DNA of 63,975 nt, filler included, from Trypethelium eluteriae (Eukaryota), in NCBI GenBank assembly GCA_051942245.1. It is 4 parts of 4 records of this genome, joined end to end, with 100 filler letters (N's around TTAATTAATTAA, not from the genome) between each part and the next. Parts side by side here need not be neighbours in the genome. Positions count along the whole stretch, not along the records: positions 51,270 to 63,975 come from JAVECL010000758.1; 3 more parts are not named here. The stretch is one strand, 5' to 3'. Below, one piece after another: positions 61,158 through 63,975 of the stretch. The notes under the pieces were generated by a model. It was given only the letters and a program-made list of their open reading frames with translations, did no database searches and was not told the DNA's origin. The number at the start of each line of letters is the position of its first letter. Position 1 is the stretch's first letter. A program made the translations under genes and the position numbers.

Positions 61158-61712
61158 TCAGTAGGATGACGGAAGCAGCGCAGATGGCGGCGCTTGCCCT
61201 CTTTGGACTTTTCCATAGAGAGTAGTTTGCGGATAATCGTCTGCGGACGGGTTCAGACGACCCGGAGAATGAGGGCCATCGTAGTTCTTGGTCCTGCCAC
61301 CATAACGGGCACTGTCCAGGTCGGGTATGGAAATTGGACCGTCGCCGTCGATTGGCGTGTACTTTCCAACTCCCATGATCGAGGGGGGGATGTAGCCGGG
61401 GTCACCATACCATCCTTCACCTTCACCCTCGCCGGCACCCTCGCCGGTAACACCGCGGCGATGGATCAATCTATAAGGTAAGGAGACGACCCAGTCATAG
61501 TGCCCAGGGCCTGTAATATTACTCTTGAGATCCCATTGCTTTCCACGAAATGTATCGAAGTCCTCATATTGACGGGACTGAAGGAAGCCGCGGTCATCGT
61601 TGTAGTTTTCAGTATTATGTGTGGGTCGACGTATTGGGAGAGGGGCTGTTTGAACTGGAGAGAGGAAGATGAACGCCAAGGTGGCAAGGATGACAGCAAG
61701 AGTGGCCTTCAT
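61158..61712 (-). CDS. Small secreted protein
   Basis: Signal peptide MKATLAVILATLAFIFLSPVQTAPL, dibasic RR sites, Gly/Pro/Tyr-rich body; TATA-like TATATAA about 85 nt upstream on the minus strand. Confidence 0.65.
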   Translation of the reverse strand: MKATLAVILATLAFIFLSPVQTAPLPIRRPTHNTENYNDDRGFLQSRQYEDFDTFRGKQWDLKSNITGPGHYDWVVSLPYRLIHRRGVTGEGAGEGEGEGWYGDPGYIPPSIMGVGKYTPIDGDGPISIPDLDSARYGGRTKNYDGPHSPGRLNPSADDYPQTTLYGKVQRGQAPPSALLPSSY

Positions 61713-61880
61713 CGTAACGAAGATGCAGATAACGTCACTGAAAGTCAAGAGGGTGAACCAACCTTTGTACCAGAATGTGGGAGACTGCCTTGTAACTTAT
61801 ATACACGTACTTGAAGGCCAGCGCGCTAACTTGGGTATGGGAAGCGACTGGGTAAGAATCATTCAGCGGCAGGTGGCAAG

Positions 61881-62065
61881 TACCTTACTGCGGCTGGGGG
61901 CTCCCTCAACTGGTAATCGATACAATGTTGCTTCAACTTTACTGTTGTGACCTTGTTGACCCATGTTAATGCCGCCCTAACACGGGCCAACATGGTCATA
62001 CCATTTAAACTGAGGTAACAATGTATTAACTACCAGTTGAGGAACCCCCCAGCCGCAGTAAGGTA
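61881..62065. mobile_element. 185-bp MITE, copy 2 (opposite orientation to copy 1)
   Basis: TACCTTACTGCGGCTGGGGG...CCCCCCAGCCGCAGTAAGGTA; the interior aligns to the reverse complement of 24715-24899. Confidence 0.85.
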
Positions 62066-62415
62066 CTTTACTGTCTGTTCCCAAAAGGGGAAATCAATGA
62101 GTGGTGGAATAGGTACGTATCCACGAAGCTTTTCTGGATCCCAACGTTTAATATTCAACACTTTAAACGAAGCATCACAATTGGACTCGGTGGACTCAAA
62201 GTGGGACTTGACCATCTGATCTTTCAGTGCGGACGGTTGGTGCCGAGACTGCGAAATTGCTATGGGCGCTTTCGAGGGTATTGACAAGTTAGGTCGAGTA
62301 CGCAGTCCGAGTTCGAAGCTGAAAATGTGTGTGGGAATCACCCATTCGAGTTTTAAGATATTCTGAAGGATATATTGTACAACGCCAACCATGCATCTTT
62401 CATAATCCACGTGTG

Positions 62416-62879
62416 TTACGATTGTTGCTCCTTCTGTCGCTTCTCGTGCTCGATGATTTGCTTGCTCCAGCTGCTCCAGTGTTAGCAAGTTGATGCCGGC
62501 TCCAGTATAGACATGATTGCCCTTCCAAGAAGACTCACTATCTGCTAGGATAGAACCTGCCCGATTCAGGCATCCTGGGCCTCTGTTCATGGTCTGCGCT
62601 AAATTTCCATGTCACTGCCACTATGCTCAGTGCCACCGCGCTCATGATCGCTGTATTTGCTTTCCAATTTTTTGGTTGCCCATACCACCCTCCTGCAGGC
62701 GACCAGACGTGCTTGGGATAGCTGTGGACCGAATCAGAGGGTCCCATTACTGTAGTAGCTATTGGGCGGGAAGTATCAACCACCTACGGAATCTTGCCGC
62801 CATGACCGTGGGAGACGGAGGCGCCATGTTTGAGATCACCCTTTGCGGTGTTGCTCTCGATATTGTGGTGGTCGGCCAT
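62416..62879 (-). CDS. Mitochondrial complex I accessory subunit, NUUM-like, 3 exons
   Basis: Spliced product ...HGGKIP-YPKHVWSPAGGWYGQPKNWKANTAI...RFYPSRY-WSKQIIEHE. Confidence 0.8.
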
Positions 62880-63156
62880 AGTGTCTAGCGATCGACTGGC
62901 GAGGCTTGTCGAGCAATCACTGCTTCAATGGGGGTCTTGCGGAGTACGGATACGGAGCGAGTACCTACCAAATGTACGGAGTACTAGTCTGTACCTCTCA
63001 GATGAAGCTCTCGCCGCGAAACGGCGCTAGTTCCCGATTGGGCGAATGTCTTGTGCTTCGAATCCGACATTTTTTTGGCCGCACCTCTACTCTCACATTA
63101 CGCTTAGATCGCTCCTATAACGAGACGATACCTTCTTTTGTTCTCCATGAGCTTAG

Positions 63157-63975
63157 ATGAAGCGCTTACCAGTGCGGCTACGAATATGGAGCGGCCAATC
63201 CGTCTATCCGCAGCTCAAATCACCATGTTCTCATCTATCAAAGCCCTACAATAGCCCCCGAATACCACTCACGCGAGCATTCAATCATGTATCAAGATAT
63301 AGAGAACCGGCGCAGCGGACGAACGCATCGAATCTTGAAGCTGAGGAAGAAGAGAGAGGAGCGGATGAAGATGAGGATCTGTCAGAAGTCCTTCAACTCG
63401 AAGACATACCATCACCACACCCCGAAGCAGCAGTCCATTCCCCTAAGCTCGCTGCCCTCCACGCTCGATTATCTCTTCCCGAGCGACTGCCCCTGCAGAC
63501 ACTCGCAAGATCCCTTGTCGATGTCTCAGCAGACTCCGATCCCGCTTTCAATAATTCCTCACTTGCGATTCTTGGCTCTGATATACTCGGTTACTACACA
63601 AGCGAATTTCTCTTATGTCACTACCCTCGACTACCCATGGTAGTCCTCTTCGCCGCTCAATCAGCTTACGTCGGACCCAAAACCCTTGCAGCACTCTCCC
63701 AAGAATGGGGTGTCGAAGCAGCTGCCTGTCCAGGGGGCGAAGTCGACCCGGGCCTCCTACAATTCACTCAGGTCGACCCTGGCGCTCCTCCCCCCGACAT
63801 GCTGAAGCCCGGCACAACATCGCGTCCCAACGACGACCGCCACTACCGACGCGGCCTCTCCAGCCGCATCGTCTACGACGACCAATTCGGCGACATGAAA
63901 GCGAATCCCGACAGCGGCATCGCCATCACCGGCTCCTCCACCAGCTTCCCCTCCTCTCCGTCTCGCTCCCAACCC
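63157..63975 (+). CDS. MRPL3: Mitochondrial large-subunit ribosomal protein mL44 (RNase III-like), 3'-partial
   Basis: Open frame to the window end, not in the ORF track: MKRLPVRLR... targeting peptide, SPKLAALHARLSLP, NSSLAILG, YPRLPMVVL, EWGVE, GGEVDPGLLQF. Confidence 0.88.
   Translation, partial: MKRLPVRLRIWSGQSVYPQLKSPCSHLSKPYNSPRIPLTRAFNHVSRYREPAQRTNASNLEAEEEERGADEDEDLSEVLQLEDIPSPHPEAAVHSPKLAALHARLSLPERLPLQTLARSLVDVSADSDPAFNNSSLAILGSDILGYYTSEFLLCHYPRLPMVVLFAAQSAYVGPKTLAALSQEWGVEAAACPGGEVDPGLLQFTQVDPGAPPPDMLKPGTTSRPNDDRHYRRGLSSRIVYDDQFGDMKANPDSGIAITGSSTSFPSSPSRSQP

Overview
Filamentous ascomycete (Pezizomycotina, probably Dothideomycete-like) genomic DNA. The window is not one continuous locus. 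Three identical 100-nt spacers (44 N + TTAATTAATTAA + 44 N) join four unrelated contigs, the three complete or near-complete ones each about 17 kb, apparently sorted by length. Contig 1 (1-16999): a conserved hypothetical gene, a Ser/Thr kinase, a 1.15-kb nested-inverted-repeat element, a fungal CorA-like membrane protein gene with a tandem array of duplicated 42-nt micro-exon + intron cassettes, a GPI-anchored protein and a RIP-degraded transposon. Contig 2 (17100-34088): a PCI-like gene, a DUF2235 hydrolase, hypothetical genes, a MITE, a frameshifted PemK/MazF-like gene, HOM6 and the start of a pogo/Fot1 transposon. Contig 3 (34189-51169) is a MAT1-1 mating-type contig: repeat arrays, a 7-exon auxiliary gene that the ORF track fragments, MAT1-1-1 (alpha box), NVJ2 (PH/SMP), SNX3, a RIM4-like RRM gene and RIP-mutated TE DNA with a solo LTR. 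Contig 4 (51270-end): orphan genes, TatD, a secreted protein, a second MITE copy, a complex I NUUM-like subunit and MRPL3. Gene models were assembled by eye from splice signals; family calls come from motif recognition, not database searches.
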